The notes below the pieces were generated by a model that was not told the origin of the DNA, made no database searches, and saw only the letters and a list, made by a program, of their open reading frames with translations. 64,000 bases of DNA from Eledone cirrhosa (lineage: Eukaryota): contig OZ024742.1 in the NCBI GenBank assembly GCA_964016885.1, positions 302,560,001 to 302,624,000 on the forward strand, in the 5' to 3' direction. Positions 1-14,089 of the stretch are shown piece by piece (the first letter of the stretch is position 1; each line of letters opens with the position of its first letter). Made by a program: the position numbers and the translations under genes.

Positions 1-59
1 CAGGAAGGTATACGGCGCTGATGATAGCTAATAAGCTTGAAACTAGTACATCGTTCCTG
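1..59 (+). ncRNA. Type I hammerhead ribozyme motif (PLE pLTR-type)
   Basis: cggcg-CTGATGA(18-24)-t agct aata agct t-GAAA-C TA G-TA-catcg; distal stem I caggaa/ttcctg; palindromic stem III ACTAGT. Confidence 0.8.
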
Positions 60-325
60 TGTCAGTGTTAAACAAAAGGGCGACGATGGTTGCTTGAACA
101 CTGTACGGCGCAATTCGGGCTGTTTCTTTGTTTACAAACAAACCGAGCATTATAATAAATGTTCGGTAAACCGATACGTACATATATATATGTGTGCATG
201 TATGTATATATATACATACTACTGTACGTCTGTATACATATATGTATGTACGTATACATACATACTTACATTTAAGTATCAGCCGTACTAAGAGTGAGAA
301 ATGAAATTTCGTTTCATTCTTTTCC

Positions 326-330
<5 letters not shown>
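1..330 (+). mobile_element. PLE-like 3' end fragment ending in (TA)n
   Basis: HHR followed by a tail whose sequence recurs rearranged at 6354-6572. Confidence 0.6.
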
Positions 331-362
<32 letters not shown>

Positions 363-374
363 TAACAGATTAAA

Positions 375-423
375 GTTTAAGCAAAGAATCGCTGCTTTCA
401 CCCTTAACGGGATCTTCTGAAAC
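375..423 (-). ncRNA. Hammerhead-like motif (U4A core variant)
   Basis: minus strand: gttt-CAGAAGA-t ccc gttaa ggg t-GAAA-GCA..TGC-TT-aaac. Confidence 0.55.
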
Positions 424-585
424 ATTTGGTCTACGGTTCTTATATATTTGATATATATTTATCCTTATCGAGCCCTCTTTGGATTTTAGTCTTCAAATTT
501 ATTATTATTACTATATATGTATATATATATAATTGTTTATATGTATATAAATATATTATATATATAATTATATATATATAAATAA

Positions 586-1444
586 ATAAATCACCTAGAA
601 ATTGATTGACATATATATATCTAAAATAAACATATGAAACAATCACAGGGAATAATTTGTAAAAGTGTGTTTATTTTAATGAAATATATACAAGGAAGAT
701 TAATCATTTAAAAATTATCTATATTTCAAGTTCTAGTTAAACTTCAATTAGTTACCTACCTAGCTGTGTGTGCTTACACACTTTTACAAATTATTTCCTG
801 TGATTGTTTCATATGTTTATTTTAGATATATATATATGTCAATCAATTTCTAGTTGATATAAAATGCTCGGATCTATTCATTGGAATCTTTGAGCATATT
901 CTACAGTGGATATGGCGCATGTCTCTCGGATATACACCCTTAATTTAATTTTGGGTGCTATTTCTAGTTGTTGATAATCCTATTCACGCCATTGGGATGA
1001 AGCTGGTACGATGTGTGTATTTAAAAAAAAATGCAACACGTGCTGCTAGTCATTCGCAGATTTGCATTTGCTATGTAAACACAGATAGTTAAATCTTCTG
1101 CCTTGTTGAAAATCCAAGATTTGAGTACTGTGATTTACCGTTCGATTGATGGTGAAATATATTTCTTTAATGAAATATATACAAGGAAGATTAAACATTT
1201 AAAAAGGTATCTATATTTAAAGTTCTAGTTAAACTTTAATTAGTTACCTACCTAGCTATGTGTGCTTACACACTTTTACAAATTATTCCTTGTGATTGTT
1301 TCATATGCATATTTTACATATATATATATGTCAATCAATTTCTAGGTGATATAAAATGCTCGGATCTATTCATTGGAATATTTGAGCATATTCTACAGTG
1401 GATATGGCGCATGTCTCTCGGACATGACACCCTTAATTTAATTT

Positions 1445-1446
<2 letters not shown>
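586..1446 (+). mobile_element. PLE-like pLTR array: inverted fragment plus two direct copies
   Basis: 586-670 is the reverse complement of ~777-860; ~674-950 is repeated at ~1165-1446; flanked by TA-rich tracts. Confidence 0.7.
1092..1192 (+). ncRNA. Hammerhead-like motif with UUGAAAA core
   Basis: aatcttc..ccttg-TTGAAAA...GAAA-TATA-TA-caagg aagatt; stem II poorly defined. Confidence 0.45.
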
Positions 1447-1499
<53 letters not shown>

Positions 1500-1632
1500 G
1501 TATATATGTATATAAATATATATATATATAATTATATATATATATAATTGTATATATGTATATGAATATATATATATATAATTATATATATATATATATA
1601 TACTGTATATATATATATATATAATTATATAT

Positions 1633-1663
<31 letters not shown>

Positions 1664-1913
1664 AATATATATATACTTGTATATATATCATTTATGTATA
1701 TATATATATGTTTATATACATACATATATGTATTTCTTTCTCTCTCTCCCTCCTCTCTCTCTTTCTTTCTCTCTCTCTCTATCTATCTATCTCCCTAGCT
1801 TGGATACCGCCGCCCGAATATCGGCGCTTCAGGTCGGATCTAATTGTTGAAACGGCCGGAACTCAGTCGTCGGTGTCCCGAACTTTTCATATGTATATAT
1901 ATATACGCACGCA

Positions 1914-1952
<39 letters not shown>

Positions 1953-2204
1953 GCATATATACATATATACATACATGCATACACACACATATATATATAT
2001 ATAACACAACTTACAATTAAGGACAAAATGAAAACACACACACATAGAACAAACAATCAACTAGTAACATGTAAATAAACAAATAAAAACACACACAGAC
2101 ACCCGGATGTAACACATGCGCAAACTAAGCACACAACACACGCAAAAACAAGATGGCGTAGGACAGAACAAAGGAGAGGCACAAAACAAAGAAAAGAATC
2201 CCCA

Positions 2205-2247
2205 GTCACTGAAGAGGTCACAGAATGTGTGACGAAAGAACTTTGAC
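2205..2247 (+). ncRNA. Type I hammerhead motif
   Basis: gtca-CTGAAGA-g gtcac agaatgt gtgac-GAAA-GAAC-TT-tgac. Confidence 0.65.
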
Positions 2248-2930
2248 AATATATGAACAACCGTCCGGTTGTGGAACCAACCAACCAACCGGAAATTTAC
2301 AAATTTCTTAAATTTATGAATTTAATTTATAGTAAATTGGAGTGAAAGCAACTGGTGCGTGTGTTTCTTAGTGGCAACATGACCCTCCCAAAGTATAACA
2401 ATATATATATATATGTTTATTTATATATATACACATGCATTTATAAATATGCATAATTATATATATACATATGTACACATATACACACACGCGCACACAC
2501 ACACATATATGTATATGTACTTGTATTTATATATTAATATATTTATACATGTCTTTATTTAGTGTAGACTGAAGTCTAACTCATAGCCAAATAAAACTGT
2601 CCCTAGTTCTGACATATGAAGAGGTTTCTTTTAAAATGCTATGTTTATTATAATTTAAAAAAAACATGCTATTATATTTTCTTGAAGACCTTTGTTATGC
2701 TCGAATTATCAGTATAATAAAGGAAGTTTTAGTTATTTTACTAAATCCATTCAAATTCTTAATATTTGTCATAAGGAATATAAAAATGAAAGAGATTGAG
2801 ATTTCTAGAAGTGAGCATTTGATAAATTTTCAATATCAGCACTAAATGTTCATTTTCCTCATTTAAGAACCTTTGAATGTTCCAGGTTAATATATCATAT
2901 TAAACATATTGTTCATACATACATACATGG

Positions 2931-3013
<83 letters not shown>

Positions 3014-3072
3014 CACACATATATATATAGGTACGTGTGTATATGTATATATATATAAGTATGTGTGTATGC

Positions 3073-3120
<48 letters not shown>

Positions 3121-3122
<2 letters not shown>

Positions 3123-3316
3123 CGAAGGAAATGTGGTAAGGAACCAGGTGGACCATAACGCACCAAAGTACTCAATACTTGAGGTAGTAGAGTGGGTAAT
3201 AGGAACCAGTAAGACCCCGACAGCTGAGCTCAAGCCGTTTCGACGGCTAATTCTGGACGCAGAATTAGCCGTCGAAACGGCTTGAGCTCAGCTGTCGGGG
3301 TCTTACTGGTTCCTAT
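3121..3316 (-). mobile_element. Fold-back mini-element family A (PLE tail with HHR 3' half)
   Basis: 57-bp perfect arms 3199-3255/3260-3316; GAAAC-ggcttgagctcagct-GTC; embedded in (TA)n; homologues at 8450 and 9321. Confidence 0.8.
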
Positions 3317-3482
3317 ATATATATATATATATATATATAAATACATAATCGGAAAAAGCTAATAGCGATACTCCGGCCAAATCCCAACTCACTCAACAAA
3401 CATTAGGACATAACTAAGTATATTCCTAATTAAACGTTCGGGTGGAAAATTGGCTGTATCATTTCATATGAGATATATCACA

Positions 3483-3569
<87 letters not shown>

Positions 3570-3571
<2 letters not shown>

Positions 3572-4456
3572 ATAATAATTATATTTATACTTATATATGT
3601 TTAATATACAATTATAAATATGGAGGCTAGTACTAAGTACTAGGCGGTTACCGGTATGATAAAAGGCTCAATGCAAAATATCAAGTGCTTTACAAAGATA
3701 CAAAGTGTTAAAACAATCAAATCTTAATTTAATACATTTATTTGCTGACAATCGTTTCTTCCAGAGGGATGTCTGGATCATCGGAGCATAGGGAATGTCT
3801 AAACAGGTGATTAAAATGCTAGTCTTCAGAACATTTAAGTAGATACATAACTGCTGTCAGTGTCCTAGACATCATGTAGAGAATCGGGAGTTAAAAGAAT
3901 GTTATGCTTCAGAGAACACAATTACAAGGAGCAATGGTGAAAAGTGCAAAAGGTACAAGCAAAAAGTACAGGCAAAAAGGTTACAAGAAAGAAAAAATAT
4001 AAGATAGGATAGACATAAGATATCATAGCATTGGAGATCGGGTAATGTTAAGGGTATATAATGCAAGAGTCAATACAATCGATAAGGCATGAGGAAAGAG
4101 TTATATTACAGTTGAAATAAGCATATTTCGTGTAGAATGTAAAAGCATGTTATAAGTGTTAGAAATGTTTAAATTTTTTAAAATGGCGTGCTGTATGGTA
4201 GGGAGACATGTGGTGATAAAATAGGTAAATGTTATGTGAGATGTAATGCAGAGCACGTGATTGAATTTGGTAGGTAATTTTCATTCAAGAATTTTAAAGA
4301 ATTTTTATTTTTTTTTTTAATAATTTTTATCAAGAATTTTTATAATTTTGATAATTTTTGATAATTGTTTTTCATTCAAGAATTTTTATAATTTTTTTTT
4401 CATTCAAGAATTTTTATATTCTTGAATGAAAATTACCTACCCAATTCAATCACGTG
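3570..4456 (-). mobile_element. PLE-like 3' UTR fragment with terminal inversion
   Basis: HHR at 3743-3788; inverted repeat ~4255-4293/~4417-4456; flanked by microsatellites. Confidence 0.55.
3743..3788 (-). ncRNA. Type I hammerhead motif (CCGAUGA variant)
   Basis: tgct-CCGATGA-tccaga catccc tctgga a-GAAAC-gatt-GTC-agca. Confidence 0.7.
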
Positions 4457-4659
4457 TAAACATATATGCGTTTCTCCGTGTGTGTGTGTGTGTGTTTTTA
4501 ATATTTGAAAATTGGTAGTTATTGAAATGTCATAGAAGTTGTCCGGCGTTGTTTCAATCCTCGCCTGTTTCTAACTGTTACATAGTTCATCGTTTGGGTC
4601 CTGCATTTAAACGAGAATCATCACCGTTGTATTAAATTATATAAACAAAAAAACGTCAC

Positions 4660-4692
<33 letters not shown>

Positions 4693-4696
4693 TACT

Positions 4697-4760
<64 letters not shown>

Positions 4761-4761
<1 letters not shown>

Positions 4762-5270
4762 GGGATAACAAATTATTGTTATAGGTAGTCCACTTAGATG
4801 TAGTCCAGTTAGGGTACTCCGAGTAGTGGATAGTATCAACGCTTGGCTAAGTTTGACTCAACAAGGCGTTTCCATAGTGATGCTGCGAGACGCGGTGATT
4901 TCTATGTAGTTTACACTTGGAGTAATGATAAATCAAGAAAGAAGAGTGACACGGTTTGCTATACAATAAGGGCTTTAATCACATTGCTGACAATTGTTTC
5001 TCTGAACTGGTAGGTCTAGAGATCACTTCCCGCCTGTTTCTGCGTCAATCGATCACCAATACATAGTTATAACCAGTCAATTCATCAGGTGGTTATGATT
5101 CTCGCAAGCTCTGATGAATTGACTGGTTATAACTATGTATTGGTGATCGATTGACGCAGAAACAGGCGGGAAGTGATCTCTAGACCTACCAGTTCAGAGA
5201 AACAATTGTCAGCAATGTGATTAAAGCCCTTATTGTATAGCAAACCGTGTCACTCTTCTTTCTTGATTTA
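4761..5270. mobile_element. Fold-back mini-element family B
   Basis: ~160-bp inverted arms 4929-5088/5111-5270 between (TA)n tracts; tail related to 45347-45560. Confidence 0.8.
5102..5220 (+). ncRNA. Type I hammerhead with ~80-nt stem II insert
   Basis: tcgca a gct-CTGATGA(5111)...actggt/accagt...GAAAC-AATT-GTC-agc aa tgtga. Confidence 0.75.
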
Positions 5271-5495
5271 TATATATATATATACATACACACATTTATA
5301 TATATATATATATATAAAGTTGTATTCCTGTCTGTTTGTTTGTTTGTTTCTTTGTTTGTTCACGAACTACTCCTATGGTTTTGGAGATAGATCCCCATAA
5401 CCATATATATTCTGAAACTAGATTCCACAGAGTACTTAGATAAGTATATTTCATTTTAATCAAAGAGTTCCCCGTAAGCACAATACCCCCACCAG

Positions 5496-5673
5496 CAAAC
5501 ATCACGAGCGCTCTATCTCAAAATTATTTTTGAAAAGCATTAGAAATGCGCAACCGGTAAAAACTTAAAACTAAAACTGAATACTAACCAATACTTATTA
5601 CTAATTTATACTTATTCCTAATGAAACTATTTTTCACTGGGAAAAATTTGTCAGCATTTTCTTTTCCTTTTTA

Positions 5674-5676
<3 letters not shown>
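5496..5676 (+). repeat. Solo pLTR fragment of the 21-27 kb PLE family
   Basis: near-identical to 22431-22608 and 27332-27508. Confidence 0.85.
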
Positions 5677-6278
<602 letters not shown>

Positions 6279-6353
6279 CATCCATACATACAAACATACA
6301 AACAGATATGTATATATATACATTGATTTATACATCCATCCCATATATATATA

Positions 6354-6569
6354 TGGAAAAGAATGAAATGAAATTTCATTTCTCACTCTTAGTACGGCTG
6401 ATACTTAAATATAAGTAATTCGGGCTGTTTGTTTACAAACAAACCGAACATTATAATAAATGTTCGGTAAACCCATACGTACATATATATATATATATAT
6501 GTGTGCATGTATGTATATATATACATACTACTGTACGTCTGTATACATATATGTATGTACGTATACATA

Positions 6570-6572
<3 letters not shown>
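6354..6572. mobile_element. Rearranged copy of the element at 1-330
   Basis: 6354-6417 = reverse complement of ~263-328; 6417-6572 = forward copy of ~111-262. Confidence 0.8.
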
Positions 6573-6636
<64 letters not shown>

Positions 6637-6640
<4 letters not shown>

Positions 6641-6986
6641 TATTAAGAAATGGAAACTACCTTTATAAAACCATATTTATTTTATTATATATATTTCAAG
6701 GGTTCCAAAATTTTGCTACGCTCTCATCAGATAAAATACAAAACTTGTTTTATAAATTTGGATATGTCACTATTTATAAAACAATGTTTGTATTTTATCT
6801 GATGAGTGCGTAATAAAATTTTGGTACCCTTGAAATATATATAATAAAATAAATATTGTTTTAGAAAGATAGTTTCCATTTATTAATATTATTGATATTA
6901 TACCCCCCGAAAAACTTGTAGAGTGCTTCGAATCTGTTATGAATAAATTTGTTGAATAACCAACAAATTAAACAACTCTTTGCTTA
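6637..6986 (+). mobile_element. Fold-back mini-element family D
   Basis: diverged inverted arms ~6637-6758/~6772-6893 plus tail. Confidence 0.75.
6791..6851 (+). ncRNA. Type I hammerhead motif (antisense copy at 6678-6738)
   Basis: tattttat-CTGATGA-...-GAAA-TATATA-TA-ataaaata; 8-bp stem I. Confidence 0.75.
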
Positions 6987-7933
6987 TATATAAAAAGTAT
7001 ATATATTGAGTTAAAAAGTATCGCATTAATCAAATAATAAATTATCCAACATGTTTAATTTACACTGTAACATACACTCATTTACACACACTCACACATG
7101 TACACATATACACACACACATGCAAACACATATGCCCACGCATTCCTACCCGTCTGTACAGATTACACAAGCAATCGCACAATGGAGCATACATACCCAT
7201 ACACACCCATACACACATATTTATCTGCATAAATGCATACATACATAAATATATTGATACATACGTTTATACACACTTAGAATTTAACCCCCCTCCACCC
7301 GCCTCACTATAATATGATTATGATGGAAAGTAATGATCTATACTACTAGAAAATATTTGGGACCGTCAAGGGACATAACGTCAAGTAGGTTAAACGGTGC
7401 CAAGTTATAAGAGAGATCTTCCTCACATCTGAGAGTATTTGTGAAAAAAGGCGCCGGCGAGGAATCGAACTCTGCATCATTCTGTTGCTGGATAAGTGCA
7501 TTAACCCTTAAACAGTGGGGACCCAGGCTCCCAATTGCCTTGCTTTAGAAGCACTTTTTCTATCTTCGGGGTCTATTTTACATGATTTTCTCAACTTGTA
7601 TTTATACTGATCGACAAATATTGTAGTCATTTGTGTTGAGATGAATTCATCTTCGATTTCCCAAAGCTTCTTAATTTAACTGTTACTGTTACTTTTGTTT
7701 CTGTAAGGTAACCAGGAGAACGAATAATCACCACCTGATGCATAAATGGTCCCGTAACTACTGGAGGAGTCGTATTGGCAGACAGCGTTTGTAGGGCATC
7801 TTTTAAACATAGTGGAGCTCATCTCTCTCCATGTTTTGAACACAGTAGATTTTTTCCGTAGGAGGATAGAAAGAGTGAGAGAATGGAAGTGAGAAAGAGT
7901 TATAGAGGAAGAACCAACCCCAGTATTTGACAT

Positions 7934-8067
7934 CTACTTTTTTTATCGACATCGAATGGCTGAAAAGCAAAGTTGACCGTGGCAGGATTTGAACTCAGTG
8001 AGCAGTGAGAAATGAATACCGCAAAGCATTCTATCCGACATTCAACGACTCTGCCAATTCGCCGCCC
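7934..8067 (-). mobile_element. tRNA-derived SINE family 1, diverged
   Basis: B box GAGTTCAAATCC and aactttgc(c/t)tttcatcc-like core on the minus strand. Confidence 0.65.
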
Positions 8068-8269
8068 TCACCACCTGATAAAACAATTAAAACACTGAAT
8101 CTGGTCAAGATGATCTCCTTTTTCGAGTAGCAGGTAAAAAATTATGCCAGTTAACCAGACTACCCACATTTTGACCACAAGATCAAATATGATGTTTACT
8201 AAAATCACATATACCAACAGAACCCTTTCAGTTTTTTTTTTCTCAAAGAGATAAACATACACTACCACA

Positions 8270-8375
<106 letters not shown>

Positions 8376-8449
8376 GTTAATAAATGGAACAAACAAAACA
8401 CAGGAGGCAATTTTTACACAGTTATACTAGGTTCACGCTATATATATAT

Positions 8450-8609
8450 ATAGGAACGAGTAGGACCCCGACGGCTGAGCTCAAGCCGTCGGAACGGCTT
8501 GAGCTCAGCCGTCGGGGTCCTACTCGTTCCTATTACCCGCTCTACTACCCTAAGTATTGAGTACTTTGGTGCGTTATGGTCCACCTGGTTCCTTACCACA
8601 TTTCCTTCG

Positions 8610-8611
<2 letters not shown>
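8450..8611 (+). mobile_element. Fold-back mini-element family A, copy 2
   Basis: arms 8450-8489/8494-8533; same tail as 3121-3200. Confidence 0.8.
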
Positions 8612-8636
<25 letters not shown>

Positions 8637-8649
<13 letters not shown>

Positions 8650-8797
8650 AGAGCTTCTACAGGACTAAAACTGATGATTTCTCACGAATGAAACAGTTCT
8701 AGTCCTGTAGAAGCTCTTCTATATTATACATTTATACTGTGCTTTGTATTGAGTACCTCACTTACTGTGGTTACCCCCGATTTAACCCGGGATAATA
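8637..8797 (+). mobile_element. Fold-back mini-element family E with HHR 8671-8715
   Basis: inverted arm joins at CTG of CTGATGA-t ttc tcac gaa t-GAAACAG..CTGTA-gaagct; homologous to 46061-46240. Confidence 0.75.
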
Positions 8798-8950
8798 TTT
8801 ATATATATATAAATATATATATAAATATATCTCTATCTCTAAATATATATATATATCTAAATATATATATATATATCTAAATATATATATATATCTAAAT
8901 ATATATATATATATATATATAAATATATATATATATATCTAAATATATAT

Positions 8951-8982
<32 letters not shown>

Positions 8983-9029
8983 CTAAATATATATATATCT
9001 AAATATATATATATATATCTAAATATATA

Positions 9030-9069
<40 letters not shown>

Positions 9070-9109
9070 CTAAATATATATATATATAACTAAATATATA
9101 TATATATAA

Positions 9110-9248
<139 letters not shown>

Positions 9249-9281
9249 AATATATATACATATATATATATTAATATATAT

Positions 9282-9320
<39 letters not shown>

Positions 9321-9322
<2 letters not shown>

Positions 9323-9515
9323 ACGAAGGAAATGTGGTAAGGAACCAGATGAACCATAACGCATCAAAGTACTCAATACCTAGGGTAGTAGAGTGGGTAA
9401 TAGGAACGAGTAGGACCCCGACGGCTGAGCTCAAGCCGTTTCGACGGCTAATTCTGGACTGAATTAGCCGTCGAAACGGCTTCAGCTCAGCCGTCGGGGT
9501 CCTACTCGTTCCTAT
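9321..9515 (-). mobile_element. Fold-back mini-element family A, copy 3
   Basis: arms 9400-9454/9461-9515 with one mismatch. Confidence 0.8.
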
Positions 9516-9536
9516 ATATATATATATATATATATA

Positions 9537-9774
9537 AAAACCGATGACTGTATTTTCCTATACCATTGTTACTGAGCAACGGCAACAACCTATGACACTG
9601 GCTTCTGCTGCTATTCCTGTGGAAGAACATCAGAAACAATAACAACCCATGTCTTCCGCTCCCAGTACATATTGACACCAACAACCGGCGACTGTGTCTT
9701 CCCCTACCATTCCCGTGGAGGAACATCATCATCAGCACCACCACCATAACCAACAACAACAGCAGCAGAAGCAA

Positions 9775-9815
<41 letters not shown>

Positions 9816-12800
9816 ACAACAACAACTGACCAGTACAGATTTTGCAGAATTGCAACTAATGATTTCTGCTTTAAGAAGGGAAGTAATAGGAATAAAAGTA
9901 AGCATTCAAGTAGGACCCCATAATGAGGGGTCTTATCGGAATGCCTTGCTAAAGAATCTCCCTGTACCTCTTGCCGTATCTGGGCACACTGAGAAGACTG
10001 CGGAATCTGCTAGCCATGAAGTAATTGCCATTGGGGTACCAGAGGACAAGGTTGATCTTCAGGCATTTGCTGCCAGCTCAGCCAAAGACCTAGGCTGTGT
10101 TTCCCCAAAGGGTGCTCTCTGCTTTGGTCGACCTGGTCTTTTTCGGACCCCGCTGAGGCAATTTCATATCATCTGGCCTCTGTTAAAGCTGGGCGTGAAA
10201 ATCGGATTACCTTCCGAACACGCCCAGGCCTACCACCCAATGTACGTCCAAAGCTACGTGCTGCAGCTTCCTTGAATCGGAACTCAGCACAATATGAAAG
10301 TTTTAGTCTGCGTGATGATGGGCAGATCTGGAGGCTTGTTAAGGCTGGTGAAACGTGGAAGAGAGATACCAGCTGGTCTGAGTGTGCTCTACCCACAATA
10401 ACTGGAAATGAAAAAACTGCAACAACTCTGGGAAACTAAACTAGAACAACCGGGTACCCTCTACACGCCATCATAAACTGCAAGCAGGGTTCAAATTGTT
10501 GTCCTTAAATGCTCGCAGTTTATGCAACAAGATACATCTGTTTAACTCCTACGTCAGAAGCATCGACCCTGACTTCATCACAGTCACGGAAACATGGGCA
10601 CATTCCTTACTCTGTGATGGGGTTTTCAGTATTACTGGGTACAACCTTTTCCGCAAGGACCGCATTAATCGCCGCGGTGGTGGTGTGATGGTCTACGTTC
10701 GTTCAAACTTTTCGGTAATTCCTTGCGTTGATTTGAACGAATCACAAGAAGAAGTTTTTTTTTGTAACATACGTATGACCATGTCAACACTTCTGCTTGG
10801 TGTTGTTTATCCCCCCCCCCCAAAAAAAAAAACTACCATCAGGACATACAGCTTTGCGATATCCTCAGAGCTGCTGCCAGGAAAACAGCCACTTATGTGT
10901 TTATTGCAGGTGACTTCAATCATCCTGAGATCGATTGGGTAACCTTTCGTTGGCCACAAAGTGCAAACGATTTCCTTGAGCTAGTGCTGGACTCAAACTG
11001 GTCACAAGTAGTCACCTCTCCAACAAGAGGTGACAACACTTTGGACCTGATCTTCACCACTACTCCTGAAGTGGTTATCAGTTGTACTACTGAGGAACCT
11101 CTAGGCGACTCTGATCATGCTATGATCATTGCCAATCTGGCACTTGCCGGCAGCAACAAAAACCAGAACCATCTCCAATCTGCTTGCTTTGATTGGAATA
11201 AAGCAGATTGGAACTTGTACTGCACTGAGCTACAGCGCCCAAACTGGCATGAGTTGTATAACTCTGGAGATGTGAACATTATACTCCAGAGCATCCTGGA
11301 CTCAATATGGATAGCGTGTGCAGCATCGGTGCCACGTAAGCAGAAAACCCCCCACCCCAAAAGTGCAATTTGGTAAACTTCAGCGGTCCGACTTGCCAGG
11401 AAAGAACGTCGGAACGCTGAACGGGAATATAAACTGCATAAATTAGATGCCAACAGAAAAAAGCGGAATAAATCTTCTAACCATCTCAAGCAAGTGACAA
11501 AGAAGGCAGTACTTGAATTTGAACAGTGCATAGCAACCAATCCTTACAGTAAGGTGTTCTGGAAATATATACATTCAAAGCAGAGACCTCACTCTCCAGT
11601 TGGTCCTCTTCGCAATCCCCACACAAGCCAGATCACTGACGATCCCAAAGAATGCGCAGAACTCATTGCTGAGTGCTATGCAAGTATTTTTACTGTTGAA
11701 AACCAGAATGTACCATCTCCATCATCTCTAACATCAAATTCCATAACAACTATGGAATTTACACCTGCAATTTTGCGATGTCACCTTAAGAATAAGCGCA
11801 ACTATGCTATGCCTCCCCTGGTCTTGATGGTGTTACATACCTGCTTCTCAAACGTGGCGGGTACTTCCTTTTGCACCAGCTTTCTTTCGTCTTTCAATAC
11901 TGTCTCAACAATGGTGCTACTCCGGAGCAGTGGAAAACTGCCAGTGTCATTCCCCTGTTCAAAAAGGGCGACCGCACGTCACCTGTCAACTATCGTCCAG
12001 TCAGTCTTACTAGCTGTATTGCCAAACTGATGGAATCCTGTGTCAGAGAAACACTTTGGAACTTCTGGAGCTCTCACAGCCTCATCCGACCCTCGCAGTT
12101 TGGATTTATCCCTAACTCCAGCTGCTGTGATCAGCTTATCGAGTTCCTTGAATACATTACCCGGATCACTGACAGCGGCTCATGGGTGCATGTTGTTTAC
12201 CTCGACTTAGCTAAGGCTTTTAATTCTGTGCCACACAAAAGACTTATTTCAAAACTCTCTGCAATGGGTGTGAGGGATGATCTTTTTAACTGGTTGAAAT
12301 CCTTCATTCTCAGCCGAAAAGAGGTAGTCACGGTTCTAGGACAGAATTCTTCACCATATGAGATGTCATCTGGTGTACCACAGGGATCTGTTCTTGGTCC
12401 CCTTTTGTTTGTGGCATATATTAATGACATAGATGCCAACTTAAAGAATGCCACGGTACTGAAATATGCAGATGACATCAAGCTGTACCTTGAAATCAAA
12501 AGGACTGATCCTGAAATCTACAACTCTTTCCTACAATCAGACCTGGACACAATGCAGCAATGGATCACAGACTGGCAACTGAAGCTGGCTGTGGACAACA
12601 TGCATTTTGGGAGGAAAAATCCAGCGTCCACATACTCCCTCCACAACACTGATATCAAGAAGTCCTCCTGTGAACGTGACCTGGGCATTACTGTCAGCAG
12701 CGATTTGCGTTGGACAAAGCATGTCTCTAAGATTGTCAAGAAGGCCGAGGGTGTCTTGGCATCACTCAGAAAGACCTTTGTTAGCCGCTCTCCAGCCATC

Positions 12801-13425
12801 TATTTAAAGCTGTATACAGCTATGGTACGAACACACTTGGAATTCGCATCATCAGTCTGGAACCCCTATCTTACTCAGAACATTGACCTCCTGGAAACTG
12901 TTCAGAGACGTGCAACCAAGCGCATACCCTCCATCAGACACCTACCATACTCTGAACGCCTTGCTTCCCTGGACATGGATTCATTGAAGCTCCGACGTCT
13001 GGTAATGAACTTGGTAAACACCCACAAAGTTATTAACCATCTCGCTAACAACAACCCTGAGCACGGTTTTGATCTCCATGTGTCTAACATACGTGGACAT
13101 GCCTACAAAATCAGAAAACAGCACAGCTCCCATGACTTTCGTAAACATTTTTTCACGTTCAGAGTTGCTGAAGCATGGAACAAACTGCCTGCGTCAGTTG
13201 TTAACTGCCGAGACACTGCATTCTTTAAAACCCTCATGCTTCCCGAAATTCGCTAAAACTACACCTGATGTACCCCTTCCATACACATACACACATGTGT
13301 ATATCATGACTCATGCACTGTTCATTTTCCTGACGTTTGTACATTACCCTATGTACTATACATACACTTTTTGATGAGTTGTAGTGCACCTGAGCACTGT
13401 ACACAATATTTCATTATTATTATTA
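9537..13425 (+). mobile_element. CR1-like non-LTR retrotransposon (frameshifted)
   Basis: ORF1 remnant with CAG/CAA tract; APE and RT motifs; 3' stem-loop gtgc..gcac and (TAT)n tail. Confidence 0.9.
10496..13256 (+). pseudogene. CR1-like ORF2: APE endonuclease + reverse transcriptase
   Basis: NARSL, TETW, GGGV, GDFN, LDL, SDH; YRPVSLTS, DLAKAFNSV, GVPQGSVLGP, YADD, VQRRATK, WNKLP; split by frameshifts and a stop. Confidence 0.92.
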
Positions 13426-13462
13426 TATTAATATATACATATATATATATTAATATATGCAT

Positions 13463-13523
<61 letters not shown>

Positions 13524-13772
13524 TATTCACACAAACACCGACATTGTTGATAATGTGGAGATTGAGTGGAAAATGTTTGCAGGAAACAAATCCCAAGTAG
13601 AATGATTGAGAAGTAACACAAACAGACAAATATAAAAACTTCACTGAACATATATTTATCTTCAGATATAAAAAAACAATATAAGCCACACAGTCCACCT
13701 TGAGGTGGGGTTAGAGTAGATTAGAGAAAGTAACTGAATTTATACAGTGAAATATCTCTTTTACTGGTTTAT

Positions 13773-13924
<152 letters not shown>

Positions 13925-14013
13925 CTCTTGACATTTTTAATATACATACATACGTATACATATCTTTTGCTAGTTTTAATATATATATATATATATAATA
14001 TATATATATATAT

Positions 14014-14044
<31 letters not shown>

Positions 14045-14058
14045 ATATATATATATAT

Positions 14059-14089
<31 letters not shown>

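Noticed and set aside
1801-1880. GAAAC-ggc..gtc-GTC flanked by ggatacc/ggtgtcc
   Set aside because: Looks like an HHR 3' half with stem I, but there is no CUGANGA-like core on this strand.
7445-7515. tRNA-like B box GTTCGATTCC on the minus strand
   Set aside because: No cloverleaf; probably a decayed SINE head rather than a tRNA gene.
7676-7933. GC-richer ORF as possible host exon
   Set aside because: No recognisable domain or convincing splice context.
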